NCBI RefSeq assembly: GCF_000091665.1
Contig: NC_000909.1
Coordinates: 760,712 to 792,711 of the forward strand
Reading direction: 5' to 3'
From: Methanocaldococcus jannaschii DSM 2661
GTDB taxonomy: Archaea > AGJL01 > Methanococci > Methanococcales > Methanocaldococcaceae
Length of the DNA stretch: 32,000 nucleotides
Shown: in pieces, positions 1 through 9,584 of the stretch
How positions within the stretch are numbered: position 1 is the first letter of the stretch
How the letters are laid out: every line of letters begins with the position of its first letter
Notes under the pieces: model-generated
The model's database searches: none
The model's input: only the letters and a program-made list of their open reading frames with translations
What the model was told of the DNA's origin: nothing
Made by a program: the position numbers and the translations under genes

Positions 1-240
1 TTGTGGGTCGTTAGGGTATTTGGCAAACATCTGATTTATTGATTCAATAGCTGCTTTTTTCTGGTTTTCAAGCGTTATTTTTTCTTGAAACTGTAGGTTA
101 CTGATTTCATTATATGCGATAAATGCTAATAACCCAACAATTACAACAACCAGTATTATCAATATAAATTTTAATGAACCAGATTTCACCGTTCTTCTAC
201 TTTTCTCTTTTAATGCTTTAATTTTTGAAGTATCTACCAT
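1..240 (-). CDS. N-terminal part of a membrane-anchored protein, truncated by the window edge
   Basis: Reverse complement from ATG at 240 reads MVDTSKIKALKEKSRRTVKSGSLKFILIILVVVIVGLLAFIAYNEISNLQFQEK..., open to the edge, with one N-terminal TM segment. Confidence 0.7.
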   Translation of the reverse strand, partial: MVDTSKIKALKEKSRRTVKSGSLKFILIILVVVIVGLLAFIAYNEISNLQFQEKITLENQKKAAIESINQMFAKYPNDPQ

Positions 241-294
241 ACAATCACCCTAACTTTAATATTACAAAATTATATGGTTTGTTATCATGGCCTA

Positions 295-687
295 TTATGG
301 ATTTACGGTTATATTATATTCACTTTGGTTTATTTTTGTGACATTATAAATATAGCTTACAATAAAATTCTTTATTTCTGGAGTAATATATGATTTAGGT
401 GAGATATAAATGTATATATTTTTCTTATTCCCTGACCATGAAATTCCCCCATAGATTAAAGTGACATTTGGGTTAATTCCATTATATCCTGAATTTGCCA
501 ATATTACAGCAGTTTTTGCTGCATTTTCAACATCACTTATAACCTTATCATCCTTTGTGAAATTCTGTGATAGAAAATGGCTTATTGTTATAATAGATGC
601 CAACAATATAGCAAGGAATAAAAATGAGAATTCAAGAGATACCTGGGCTTTTTTTGATTTTATTATTTTATTTTCCATGGTATTCAC
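295..687 (-). CDS. Class III signal peptide (type IV pilin-like) protein
   Basis: N-terminus KSKKA|QVSLEFSFLFLAILLASII matches the archaeal prepilin pattern (basic residues, QxSxEF, hydrophobic helix); next to a prepilin peptidase gene. Confidence 0.8.
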   Translation of the reverse strand: MNTMENKIIKSKKAQVSLEFSFLFLAILLASIITISHFLSQNFTKDDKVISDVENAAKTAVILANSGYNGINPNVTLIYGGISWSGNKKNIYIYISPKSYITPEIKNFIVSYIYNVTKINQSEYNITVNP

Positions 688-690
688 ACT

Positions 691-1710
691 TTAGATTATT
701 GCTAACTTCATCAACATTAAAACTATAACATAACCAATGACAACAAACGGAACAAATGGGTAGGTTTTTATAACATTTAGTTTGTCAGGGATTTTTCCCT
801 CCATATAGAGTTTTTTTATTTTTCGAATGTCTTCATTGGATAACCCTTCTCCATCGGTTAATATTATTTCCTTTTCATTTTCTTTGATTTCATGTTCTAA
901 TAGAAATTTTATTCTTTTCATTATATTTAAGTTTTTTACCTCAACACCATCTTTGTCTATTATTATAACATCCCTCAAAATATCTCCTTCTTTTAATTCT
1001 TCAATATGTTTTTTGTCAGAAGTTTCTACACCCGTGAGTGCATAAATAACGATAGATATTAGTATTATTTCACAAAGGTATATTATGGATGTTAATAGCA
1101 CATTATATTTAATAAAATAAGTTGTATCAATAATATATAAGAATAACAAATAAGCAGGGAATAAATATCCTAATTTTTTCGTATATTCTTTGTATTTTGG
1201 AACTTTTCTTGAGACAAAGATAGATAGGACAATATAAGCCCATATAATTATTGAAGCGTATGGAATTTCGTAGATATTTATAAAATAATATAATATACCA
1301 AGCATCATAGTTAAATAACAAGCTGAAGGAATAATATCTTTCCAATATCTCATTAAAATTTTATACATCGGAAAAACTGCGGCGATAAACATACTAATTG
1401 CTATTAAGTAGAGAATATATTTTGGAATATAAAATACAAACGAGTTTGGATACGCAAAAATTGGAGCTAAAGCGGTGAATAGCTTAACATCTCCTCCTCC
1501 CATTCCAATACTTAATATTAAACATAATATTAGAGTAGAGAAAAACGCAATAATAGCATTAAATCCAAAATAGTAATAACCAACAACTAAGTTTATTATA
1601 ATCATGGCAATTGTGTATTTATGAGGAATAATTCTTTCTTTAATATCAGTTATTGCTGCTAAAAGGAGTAAAATAAAGTTAATAATATAAACTACATTTA
1701 GCAAATCCAC
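691..1710 (-). CDS. eppA: Type IV prepilin peptidase, EppA-like (A24 aspartyl family)
   Basis: Polytopic membrane protein with AAITDIKERIIPHK and GMGGGDVKLF (GxGD motif); adjacent pilin-like gene. Confidence 0.8.
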   Translation of the reverse strand: MDLLNVVYIINFILLLLAAITDIKERIIPHKYTIAMIIINLVVGYYYFGFNAIIAFFSTLILCLILSIGMGGGDVKLFTALAPIFAYPNSFVFYIPKYILYLIAISMFIAAVFPMYKILMRYWKDIIPSACYLTMMLGILYYFINIYEIPYASIIIWAYIVLSIFVSRKVPKYKEYTKKLGYLFPAYLLFLYIIDTTYFIKYNVLLTSIIYLCEIILISIVIYALTGVETSDKKHIEELKEGDILRDVIIIDKDGVEVKNLNIMKRIKFLLEHEIKENEKEIILTDGEGLSNEDIRKIKKLYMEGKIPDKLNVIKTYPFVPFVVIGYVIVLMLMKLAII

Positions 1711-1714
1711 AATT

Positions 1715-2074
1715 TCACCTATTTGGATATTTGGCTTTAACCCTATCTTTTATTTTTAACATCAACTCATGGTTATCTAAGAGCTTTAAAGCCTCATCTA
1801 TATCTTTATCTTTGGTTAAATTTAAAATTTCTCTTAAGATTTCAGTGGCAACATCTTCCCTATGAACCCAAAAACACTTCATACAACTCCAAATCTTTGT
1901 TCCATCTTTTTTTTCAACATACTCTCCTAATTCTTCATCTTCACATGGATAGAAAGGGCAGTAACACCATAAGCAAACCTGTCCATCAAAGTGGCATGGG
2001 TAATATTCACAATTTCTGTTAGCTCCACAAACTTCTAAAACTTTCTTTAGATGATTTTTAGCTAATTCTATCAT
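1715..2074 (-). CDS. Small Cys-rich, probably metal-binding protein
   Basis: CGANRNCEYYPCHFDGQVCLWCYCPFYPCEDEE...WSCMKCFW; 4 nt upstream of the peptidase ORF on the same strand. Confidence 0.75.
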   Translation of the reverse strand: MIELAKNHLKKVLEVCGANRNCEYYPCHFDGQVCLWCYCPFYPCEDEELGEYVEKKDGTKIWSCMKCFWVHREDVATEILREILNLTKDKDIDEALKLLDNHELMLKIKDRVKAKYPNR

Positions 2075-2147
2075 TATACAACACCTTTAAATAGATTAAA
2101 TATTATTTTTACTTTTAGATGTATTTAAAATTTAGGGAGGGATTTTA

Positions 2148-2897
2148 ATGGAGAGGTTAATAAAATTGGCGGAACAAATAAAGGATGAAGAATTAAGAAA
2201 AAAGGTTATTGAATTTTTAAAAAATCCTAAAGCAACACATCCAGGAATTGTAGATACTGGAATAAGTGTCGAAGAAGCTCCAGCAAGTATAAATTGGCAT
2301 CATAGATATGAAGGTGGGTTAATAGAACATACAATATCAGTAACAAAAATAGCTCTAAAAATGGCTGATGTTTTGGAAGAAGTTTACGGTGTTGAAGTTA
2401 ATAGAGATTATATAATCGCTGGAGCTTTATTACATGATATTATGAAGCCATACAACTATATAAGAAAAGAAGATGGCACTTTTGACCACTACGATATGTT
2501 CAATTTAGACCACTTAACATTAGCTGTTGCGGAGCTCTACAAAAGAGATTTTCCAATTGAGGTTATTAAAATAGTTGCTTCCCATCATGGAGACCATTCT
2601 CCAACAAGGCCAAACTCTATAGAGGCATATATTGTCCATTATGCTGATGAAGCAGATTCAAAGATTAATGATGTAGCTGTTAGAGTTTGTCAAGCAAGAA
2701 GTAGGGATTTAGGAATCTCTGAACAGGAGATATATAAAGCAGTAAATCCTTTGAAGGTTTATGAAGTTAGAAGTAGAGAAGGAAAGCTAAAAACTATAGA
2801 ATTTTTAAAAGACATTTTAAAATCAATAGGTATAATTTCTGAAGATGAGAAAAAAGATGAAAATAATGAAAGTTTAGAAAATAAAGAATCCAATTAA
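2148..2897 (+). CDS. mptB: HD-domain phosphohydrolase, probable 7,8-dihydroneopterin 2',3'-cyclic phosphate phosphodiesterase (MptB, MJ0837-like)
   Basis: HHRYEGGLIEHT...ALLHDIMKP...SHHGDHSP metal-binding pattern; assignment from recalled M. jannaschii neighbourhood. Confidence 0.75.
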   Translation: MERLIKLAEQIKDEELRKKVIEFLKNPKATHPGIVDTGISVEEAPASINWHHRYEGGLIEHTISVTKIALKMADVLEEVYGVEVNRDYIIAGALLHDIMKPYNYIRKEDGTFDHYDMFNLDHLTLAVAELYKRDFPIEVIKIVASHHGDHSPTRPNSIEAYIVHYADEADSKINDVAVRVCQARSRDLGISEQEIYKAVNPLKVYEVRSREGKLKTIEFLKDILKSIGIISEDEKKDENNESLENKESN

Positions 2898-2994
2898 ATC
2901 TAATCAATTTATATATTTGGTTTTATTAATATAATGTCATAAAATAAAAAATGAAACTTTTGTTTTGTGATTAAATAAAATTGCGTATTAATTT

Positions 2995-3022
2995 ACACCT
3001 CCGAGCGTAAGCGAGGAGGTGT
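2995..3022 (+). repeat. GC-rich hairpin: ACACCTCC-GA-GC-[GTAA]-GC-GA-GGAGGTGT
   Basis: 8 bp stem, tandem G.A/A.G, 2 bp, GNRA tetraloop, read on + strand. Confidence 0.6.
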
Positions 3023-3032
3023 TAGTTTTGAT

Positions 3033-3051
3033 GAAACTTTCTTAAAGTTTC
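3033..3051. repeat. Perfect 8-bp hairpin GAAACTTT-CTT-AAAGTTTC
   Basis: Direct inspection; 3 nt from the encoded CCA end of tRNA-Thr. Confidence 0.6.
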
Positions 3052-3054
3052 AAA

Positions 3055-3131
3055 TGGAGCCTCGGGCGGGGTTTGAACCCGCGACCTCCTGCTTACCAAG
3101 CAGGCGCTCCGCCAGGCTGAGCTACCGAGGC
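3055..3131 (-). tRNA. tRNA-Thr (anticodon GGT), CCA encoded
   Basis: GCCTCGG/CCGAGGC acceptor, CCTGC-TTGGTAA-GCAGG anticodon arm, GCGGG-TTCAAAC-CCCGC T arm, then TCCA. Confidence 0.95.
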
Positions 3132-3162
3132 ACCTTAGCATAGTTAAATTACTATATCTTAT

Positions 3163-3173
3163 ATATAAACATT
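3163..3173 (-). promoter_or_regulatory. Candidate TATA box for tRNA-Thr (minus strand)
   Basis: Minus-strand TTTATATATAAG about 30-40 nt upstream of the mature tRNA 5' end; position approximate. Confidence 0.45.
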
Positions 3174-3180
3174 ACGCCGA

Positions 3181-3193
3181 AAAGTATATATAT
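3181..3193 (+). promoter_or_regulatory. Promoter-like motif AAAAGTATATATA (copy 1)
   Basis: Identical 13-mer to the motif upstream of tRNA-Gln. Confidence 0.45.
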
Positions 3194-3257
3194 GGGAACT
3201 TTATTTATGAATAGTATGCCCTCATCTGATAAAATCAGACTTAAGAAGTATAGAAAG

Positions 3258-3270
3258 AAAAGTATATATA
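3258..3270 (+). promoter_or_regulatory. Promoter-like motif AAAAGTATATATA (copy 2), probable tRNA-Gln box A
   Basis: TATA-like motif 40 nt upstream of tRNA-Gln. Confidence 0.55.
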
Positions 3271-3309
3271 CCCCTTCTTAGTATTTATTAAATTGCTTAC
3301 GTTTGATGT

Positions 3310-3385
3310 AGCCCGGTGGTGTAGTGGCCTATCATCCGGGGCTTTGGACCCCGGGACCGCGGTTCGAATCCGCGCCGGGCTACCA
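3310..3385 (+). tRNA. tRNA-Gln (anticodon TTG), CCA encoded
   Basis: AGCCCGG/CCGGGCT acceptor, CGGGG-CTTTGGA-CCCCG anticodon arm, CGCGG-TTCGAAT-CCGCG T arm, ACCA. Confidence 0.93.
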
Positions 3386-3435
3386 TTTTTATTTTTACTA
3401 TTTTATATTTATTAATTTAAATACATGGTGAAAGT

Positions 3436-4107
3436 GTGAAGGTTGCTATTTTAACCGATGGAGTTTATGGAGACAGAGCATATAATACAATTAAATCAAA
3501 ATTTCCATGTGATTTTATAACTGTTAAATATTATGGAGATTTTGATGAAATAACAATAAGTGAAAATACAATTGAAAAATTAAAAGATTATGATTTATTT
3601 ATAACTTATACTTTAAATCCAGATTTAACCTACGAGCTTGTTAGAAAGATAAAAGAACTCAACAATAAAGCTTTTGTTCTTGTTGGGGCTTGGAAAGGAG
3701 AGGGATTTAAAAAGCAGATAGAGAGTTTTGGAAACGCTTTCTGCCCCTATTTAATGTGTGATATTGATGAGGATGAACTAAAAGATTATAAAGATTATTT
3801 AGATAACTATCCTCACTTAAAAGAATTTCTAAAATATTTTGGAAAACCAAAAGTAAAATTATACATTAAAAATAATAAAATTGAAAAAATTGATGTTTTG
3901 AGAGAGGCTCCCTGTGGTTCAACTTCTGAAACACTAAAAGAATTCGTTGGGAGAGAATTTAATGACAAAACTTTAATAGATATTGGTTTGAGAGTTCAAC
4001 ACTTTTGTAGAGCTGGAAAAATAAGGCTGTTTGTAGAGAAAGAAGGAAAGAAAACAAAAGCTGGTAAAATATTAGTTAGTGGTATCCAAGTAATTCAAAT
4101 TCCATAA
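3436..4107 (+). CDS. DUF166 family protein
   Basis: MKVAILTDGVYGDRAYNTIKSKFPCDFI... with conserved PCGSTSET; family from recall. Confidence 0.7.
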   Translation: MKVAILTDGVYGDRAYNTIKSKFPCDFITVKYYGDFDEITISENTIEKLKDYDLFITYTLNPDLTYELVRKIKELNNKAFVLVGAWKGEGFKKQIESFGNAFCPYLMCDIDEDELKDYKDYLDNYPHLKEFLKYFGKPKVKLYIKNNKIEKIDVLREAPCGSTSETLKEFVGREFNDKTLIDIGLRVQHFCRAGKIRLFVEKEGKKTKAGKILVSGIQVIQIP

Positions 4108-4141
4108 ATTCAAATTCCATATTTGATAGTGCGTTAAGTCC

Positions 4142-5209
4142 TTAGGATTTAAGTAATTCAAATTTAATATTATGACCAAATAAATATAGTAAAGCTGAAG
4201 CAGTAATTTTTTTACTTTTATTGTTGTATTTCTTTCCACATATTTCAATTTCGAATTTTCTATCATCAAATATATTAACCTCATACACTTTATTTTCAAA
4301 ATCTTTAAATATGGCATCTTCTAATGGGTTAAATCTCCTTAATTCATCTAAACCACTTAATGGCTTAACAATAAAGCCAGTATAGCCATGTAGAGAATTT
4401 ATAACCCTCAAAAGCCTTATGTCATCATCCATAACTTTTTCATCCAATTCAATTTTATTTTTGGTTTCTTCAATAATATTATATATTTTATTTTTGCTCT
4501 TTAAATTCTCAATAACCTTTTTCCAATTTTTTTCATTTTCAAGTTTTTTTGTGGATATTCTTTTATCTCTTTCTTTGATTGCCTTTATTAATCTTCTTCT
4601 CCAACCACTACCTACTGAATTTAAGTTTAAATTTTTTCCTAATATATAATCCATTAAAAATCTTCTATCTTCTTTTGAATAGCTTTCAATAATATCCCTA
4701 ATTTTTTCATCTCTTGGTTTTATATATATGTGATAACCCCTGTTTCCACTAAATACAATCTTTAAATCTTCTTCATTTAAACCAAAGTCAGGAATTAAAA
4801 ATTCTTCAATTAAGTAGATAGCTTGATTTTTTGCCTCTTCTAAACAATGCTTGCAAATCCAATCATCTTCATGCTTACATTTTTTTGTTTTATGGACATC
4901 TATATCAAACGCTAATTCTCTTCTAAATATACCTTTTTTAGAAGCTCCACCTGATTTATTTGGGTAGAGCATATAAGCTAAAGATTTATAAAAGTGCATT
5001 GGAGCGTTTTTTAACACCCAATCTTTATATTCTCTTTCATTTTTAAAAGATAGGTTTCTATTATCAACTTTTTTTAAATAACCATATCCAAATTCCCTAT
5101 ATTCAATACCTTCAGGGATTTCAAGGATATTGTTTTTTATTGCGAAGTTGTAATATTCCCTATACAATTTTTGAACCTCAGCAAAAGTATTCATATACTT
5201 ATCCCTCAA
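4142..5209 (-). CDS. priS: DNA primase small (catalytic) subunit
   Basis: RRELAFDIDVHKTKKCKHEDDWICKHC (catalytic DxD plus zinc-binding residues), FSGNRGYHIYI. Confidence 0.92.
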   Translation of the reverse strand: MRDKYMNTFAEVQKLYREYYNFAIKNNILEIPEGIEYREFGYGYLKKVDNRNLSFKNEREYKDWVLKNAPMHFYKSLAYMLYPNKSGGASKKGIFRRELAFDIDVHKTKKCKHEDDWICKHCLEEAKNQAIYLIEEFLIPDFGLNEEDLKIVFSGNRGYHIYIKPRDEKIRDIIESYSKEDRRFLMDYILGKNLNLNSVGSGWRRRLIKAIKERDKRISTKKLENEKNWKKVIENLKSKNKIYNIIEETKNKIELDEKVMDDDIRLLRVINSLHGYTGFIVKPLSGLDELRRFNPLEDAIFKDFENKVYEVNIFDDRKFEIEICGKKYNNKSKKITASALLYLFGHNIKFELLKS

Positions 5210-5270
5210 CTTTTAGTATTGACTTAGGAATTAACAATAATTATTTTAGAGAGTTATAAAATTTTTCACG

Positions 5271-6263
5271 GTGAAAATTATGATTTTGGGAATAGATATT
5301 GGTGGAGCTAATACAAAAATTACAGAGATTGAAGGAGATAATTATAAGATTCATCACATCTATTTCCCTATGTGGAAGAAAAAGGATGAATTAGAAGATT
5401 TATTAAAAAACTATAATGATAATGTTGATTATGTTGCCTTAGTTATGACTGCTGAATTAGCTGACTGCTACAAAACAAAAAAAGAAGGAGTTGAGGATAT
5501 AATAGATAAAGTTGAAAAAGCTTTTAACTGCCCAGTATATGTGTTTGATGTTAATGGGAATTTTTTAACTTCAGAAGAGGCTAAGAAAAATTATTTAGAT
5601 GTTTCAGCGTCAAATTGGAATGCAACAGCTAAATTTGTGGCAGAGTTTATAAAAGATAGCTGTATCTTAGTTGATATGGGCTCTACAACCACAGATATAA
5701 TTCCAATAAAAGATAAAGAAGTTTTAGCTGAAAAGACAGATTTAGATAGATTGATGAATAATCAGTTAGTTTATGTTGGAACTTTAAGAACTCCTGTTAG
5801 CTTCTTAGCCAACAAAATAGAGTTTAGAGGAAAATTAACTAATCTATCTTCAGAGTATTTTGCTATAACGGCTGATATATCTCTAATATTAAATAAAATT
5901 ACAGAAGAGGATTACACCTGTGACACTCCAGATGGAGCTGGAAAGGATTTTGAAAGTTGCTTAACAAGGTTAGTGAGAGTTTTATGTGCTGATAGAGAAA
6001 TGGTTAAAGATGATGAACTAATAGATTTCGCCAATAAGCTTTATAATAAGCTGTTAGAATTAATTAGGGAGAATGTTGATACTATTGCAAAAAGATACAA
6101 TTTAAATGATGTTGTTATAACTGGTTTGGGAGAGGAGATTTTAAAAGATGCCTTAGATGAGTATAATATAATATCAATAAAAGAAACCTATGGAAAAGAT
6201 GTTTCTTTAGCAACTCCAAGTTTTGCTGTAGCTAAATTATTGCAAAAGCAATTAGATAAATAA
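5271..6263 (+). CDS. mfnF: H4MPT-linked C1 transfer-type / ASKHA-fold protein, probable methanofuran biosynthesis MfnF (MJ0840-like)
   Basis: MILGIDIGGANTKITEI...ILVDMGSTTTDIIPI...VITGLGEEIL; function from recalled MJ0840 work. Confidence 0.75.
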   Translation: MKIMILGIDIGGANTKITEIEGDNYKIHHIYFPMWKKKDELEDLLKNYNDNVDYVALVMTAELADCYKTKKEGVEDIIDKVEKAFNCPVYVFDVNGNFLTSEEAKKNYLDVSASNWNATAKFVAEFIKDSCILVDMGSTTTDIIPIKDKEVLAEKTDLDRLMNNQLVYVGTLRTPVSFLANKIEFRGKLTNLSSEYFAITADISLILNKITEEDYTCDTPDGAGKDFESCLTRLVRVLCADREMVKDDELIDFANKLYNKLLELIRENVDTIAKRYNLNDVVITGLGEEILKDALDEYNIISIKETYGKDVSLATPSFAVAKLLQKQLDK

Positions 6264-6265
6264 TT

Positions 6266-7513
6266 TTATTGTTTTTTCATTCCAAAGAAATTAATCATAC
6301 CAATTAATTCTTCAAATGCTTCAATTTCAAATTTTAATGCTTCTTCTCTTGTATAGATTCCACTAACTTCTCCGTCTAAGGTTAATTGCTCCACTCCTCT
6401 AACAACTATCCTATCTACCCCATCCCTTCTTAAAATCTCTTCAGCAACCCTATCATGCACAAAAGCCTTTGGAGGAATAAAAACAGTCTCTTTAACATCT
6501 TTTAAATCTAATTTTTCTAAATCTTTAGCTGTTATTAAATCGGCGATATCTTTATTAACTTTAACAACATTTACAGATGTTTCATCAAAAATCTTTTTTA
6601 AAAATGGATATGCTACATTTCCAGTAATTATTGTAGCTTCTCCATTTATTTTGTCTTTTAATCTCTCCAAAATGTGGCTGTTTTCTTCTTTAGCTAATGC
6701 AAATGGGGTTCCAGCAACTGGGTCATGCAAAGGAGTTCCAGTAACTCTAATATAATCCCCAAACTCATTATGGATTTCATCAACTATATTTTTAAATTCT
6801 TCAACTGAATGTGGCTTTATACCTTCAATTAGAGGAGCGTTTCCTAAAATTAATCCCTGTTCTTCACTATTTGCAAACCTCATCAATATAACTGCATTAG
6901 CTCCCCAATCAACTAAATCAGAAACTGTCTTCTTTAATTCTTCTCCATCATTAACTCCTGGAATAACAATTATTGCACAATGAACCTCACAATTTTCACA
7001 AAAATATCTTAGGCATTTTAATGCAGTTTCAGCATTTTTGTCATTCATCCATTCCTTTCTAAGCTTTGGATTTGTTGAAAAAACTGAAAATGTGACTTCA
7101 TCAACACCATAATCAACTAAATTTTTTGCAATCTCTACATTATCAAATCCTTTTCCTGAAGTATAGCCAAGATGAATCTTTAATCCTATATTGTTTATAG
7201 CTTTACATAACTCCTCTAATTGAGGATAACAGCTAACGTCTCCTCCAGCAGTTAAATTAACTTTGCTGTATCTTTTAAATAATAAACTACTTTGTAATTC
7301 CATTAATGCAAATGGTAATGGAATGAAATCACCATTTATCTCCCTAACTGAGTACATACAATAGTCACAACCAACTGTAAATTGACAGTATCTACATCCA
7401 AATGGTTGCGGATTATTTTTATTGACTTTTCTAAAATAACAGAACTTACAAAATCCATTACAGTTAATTCCTGGTTCTCCTCTCAAATCTATTAGTAGAT
7501 TAGCTTCTTTCAT
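6266..7513 (-). CDS. mmp10: Methanogenesis marker 10, B12-dependent radical SAM C-methyltransferase for McrA arginine
   Basis: [13 protein letters not shown] radical SAM cysteines followed by [14 protein letters not shown]; divergent from mcrB. Confidence 0.88.
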
Positions 7514-7689
7514 AATTTCACACTATAACTGTTATTTTTAATAAAAAATTTCAGATAGAAAATTTTATAAGGGATTTTTTCACCAAAAATTATTGGATTT
7601 TATGTTATTTTAATTTTAAAACTTTGCCTGTAAATTCCAAATCCATCCACTATATAAATGTTACGATTTTGTTCAAATGAAAAACTGGA

Positions 7690-7699
7690 TATATATAAA
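7690..7699 (+). promoter_or_regulatory. Candidate TATA box of mcr operon
   Basis: TATATATAAA 43 nt upstream of the mcrB ATG; a second TATATAAA at 7651-7658. Confidence 0.6.
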
Positions 7700-7741
7700 C
7701 TGCGATAACTAATATCGAACCAATATGTGGGAGTGATTCCT

Positions 7742-9076
7742 ATGGTAAAGTACAAAGACACAATAAACTTGTATGATGAAAAAGGTAAATTAGTAGAAGA
7801 AAACGTTCCTTTAGAAGCAATCAGCCCATTGCACAACCCAACAATTCAGAAGTTAGTTAAAGATGTTAAGAGAACAGTGGCAGTTAACTTAGCAGGTATT
7901 GAGAACGCTTTGAGAACTGGTCAAGTTGGTGGAAAAGGTTGTATGATTAAAGGTAGAGAGTTAGATTTACCAATTGTTGAAAATGCTGAAACAATTGCTG
8001 AATACGTTGAAAAAGTTGTTAGAGTTTCAGAAGATGACGACACATCAATTAAATTAATTAACGATGGAAAACAGATGGCTGTTCAAATTCCATCAAAGAG
8101 GTTAGATGTTGCAGCAGAATATTCAGTCTCTGTTTTAGTTACAGCTCAAGCATTAAAAGAAGCTATTATTAGAACATTTGATGTTGATATCTTCGATGCT
8201 CCAATGGTTCATGCAGCTGTTTTAGGTGGCTACCCACACGAAGTTACAATGAAAGGTTCAAACATCGCTGCATTATTAGGTAGCCCATTATCATTAGAAG
8301 GGCCAGGTTATGCGTTAAGAAACATCATGGCAAACCACTTCGTTGCATGTACAAAGAAAAATGTCATGAACGCAGTTGCATTCGCTGCAATTATGGAGCA
8401 AACAGCAATGTTTGAAATGGGAGACGCTGTTGGATTATTTGAAAGATTACACTTATTAGGTTTAGCATACCAAGGATTAAACGCAGACAACTTAGTAATT
8501 GACTTAGTTAAAGCAAACGGTAAGAACGGAACTGTTGGTACAGTAGTTGCTTCCGTTGTTGAAAGAGCTTTAGAGGATGGAGTCATTAAAGAAGACAAAA
8601 CATTACCATCAGGATTTAAGTTATACAAACCAGTTGATGTTGCTAAGTGGAACGCTTACGCTGCAGCTGGTTTAGTTGCAGCTGCTATAGTAAACTGTGG
8701 GGCTGCAAGAGCAGCACAGAACATTGCATCAACAATCTTATACTACAACGACATCTTAGAATACGAAACAGGATTACCAGGAGTTGACTTCGGTAGAGCA
8801 GAAGGTACAGCAGTTGGATTCTCATTCTTCAGTCACTCAATTTACGGAGGAGGAGGGCCAGGTATCTTCAACGGAAACCACATCGTTACAAGACACTCAA
8901 AAGGATTTGCTATCCCGCCAGTTGCAGCTGCAATGTGTTTAGACGCTGGAACACAGATGTTCTCACCAGAGAGAACATCAGCATTAGTTGGAACTGTCTT
9001 CAGTGCAATTGATGAATTCAGAGAGCCATTGAAGTATGTCATAAAAGGAGCATTAGAAGTTAAGGACAAAATCTAA
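7742..9076 (+). CDS. mcrB: Methyl-coenzyme M reductase beta subunit
   Basis: [30 protein letters not shown]..., [21 protein letters not shown]; ATG 7742 preferred over track start 7727 (GGGAGTGA RBS). Confidence 0.97.
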   Translation: MVKYKDTINLYDEKGKLVEENVPLEAISPLHNPTIQKLVKDVKRTVAVNLAGIENALRTGQVGGKGCMIKGRELDLPIVENAETIAEYVEKVVRVSEDDDTSIKLINDGKQMAVQIPSKRLDVAAEYSVSVLVTAQALKEAIIRTFDVDIFDAPMVHAAVLGGYPHEVTMKGSNIAALLGSPLSLEGPGYALRNIMANHFVACTKKNVMNAVAFAAIMEQTAMFEMGDAVGLFERLHLLGLAYQGLNADNLVIDLVKANGKNGTVGTVVASVVERALEDGVIKEDKTLPSGFKLYKPVDVAKWNAYAAAGLVAAAIVNCGAARAAQNIASTILYYNDILEYETGLPGVDFGRAEGTAVGFSFFSHSIYGGGGPGIFNGNHIVTRHSKGFAIPPVAAAMCLDAGTQMFSPERTSALVGTVFSAIDEFREPLKYVIKGALEVKDKI

Positions 9077-9094
9077 AACTTTAAGTGATTGTTT

Positions 9095-9583
9095 ATGATT
9101 GAAGTTGAAATCTTCCCACATAGGTATTTGAAAGCCTCCACAACTGAAAAATTTCTCAATAAAATTTATGACTTGAAGACCGTGGAGAGAGTTGTAATCC
9201 ACGGTCAGCCCCTCCCTAAAGTTATCACTTATGGGCCTGCAAGAGGTTTGCCAGTGAATCACACAGAGAGGAAGATAATACATGTTAAAGGAGTTCCAGT
9301 AGAGCTAACAGTGATGGCAGGGAGATTCTGGATAACTCTCAGTGATGACAGTGAGTTGGATAAATTAGATGAAATCTGCAAAGAAATGTTCCCATTTGGC
9401 TACAACTTAAGAGTCGGGAAATTCTTAAAAGACAGACCAACAGTTACCGACTATATAAAATATGGTGAAGATGGGGTCTTCCTAATAAATGAGATGGACA
9501 GAAGATTGATAGGAATGGTTGATCCAAGAAGTAGAATGGCAAACTCTGTTACAGTTGTAGAAAAAGAAGAAAAAGAGGAATAG
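9095..9583 (+). CDS. mcrD: Methyl-coenzyme M reductase operon protein D
   Basis: [27 protein letters not shown], position between mcrB and mcrC; ATG 9095 preferred over TTG 9089. Confidence 0.93.
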   Translation: MIEVEIFPHRYLKASTTEKFLNKIYDLKTVERVVIHGQPLPKVITYGPARGLPVNHTERKIIHVKGVPVELTVMAGRFWITLSDDSELDKLDEICKEMFPFGYNLRVGKFLKDRPTVTDYIKYGEDGVFLINEMDRRLIGMVDPRSRMANSVTVVEKEEKEE

Positions 9584-9584
9584 T

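Noticed and set aside
461-1345. ORFs 461-694 (+), 827-1045 (+), 1127-1345 (-)
   Set aside because: Overlap the pilin and eppA genes in other frames; low-complexity composition, no RBS
4130-4160. TTAAGTCCTTAGGATTTAA palindrome between DUF166 and priS
   Set aside because: Sits at a convergent gene junction; a simple terminator-like palindrome is sufficient
4072-4649. ORFs 4072-4317 (-) and 4419-4649 (+)
   Set aside because: Antisense or overlapping DUF166/priS ends; composition is of the NLNYLN and SSSSF type expected from AT-rich frames
7703-7717. CGATA-ACTAA-TATCG hairpin near mcrB
   Set aside because: Lies at or upstream of the transcription start expected from the 7690 TATA box, and is only 5 bp; too weak to call regulatory
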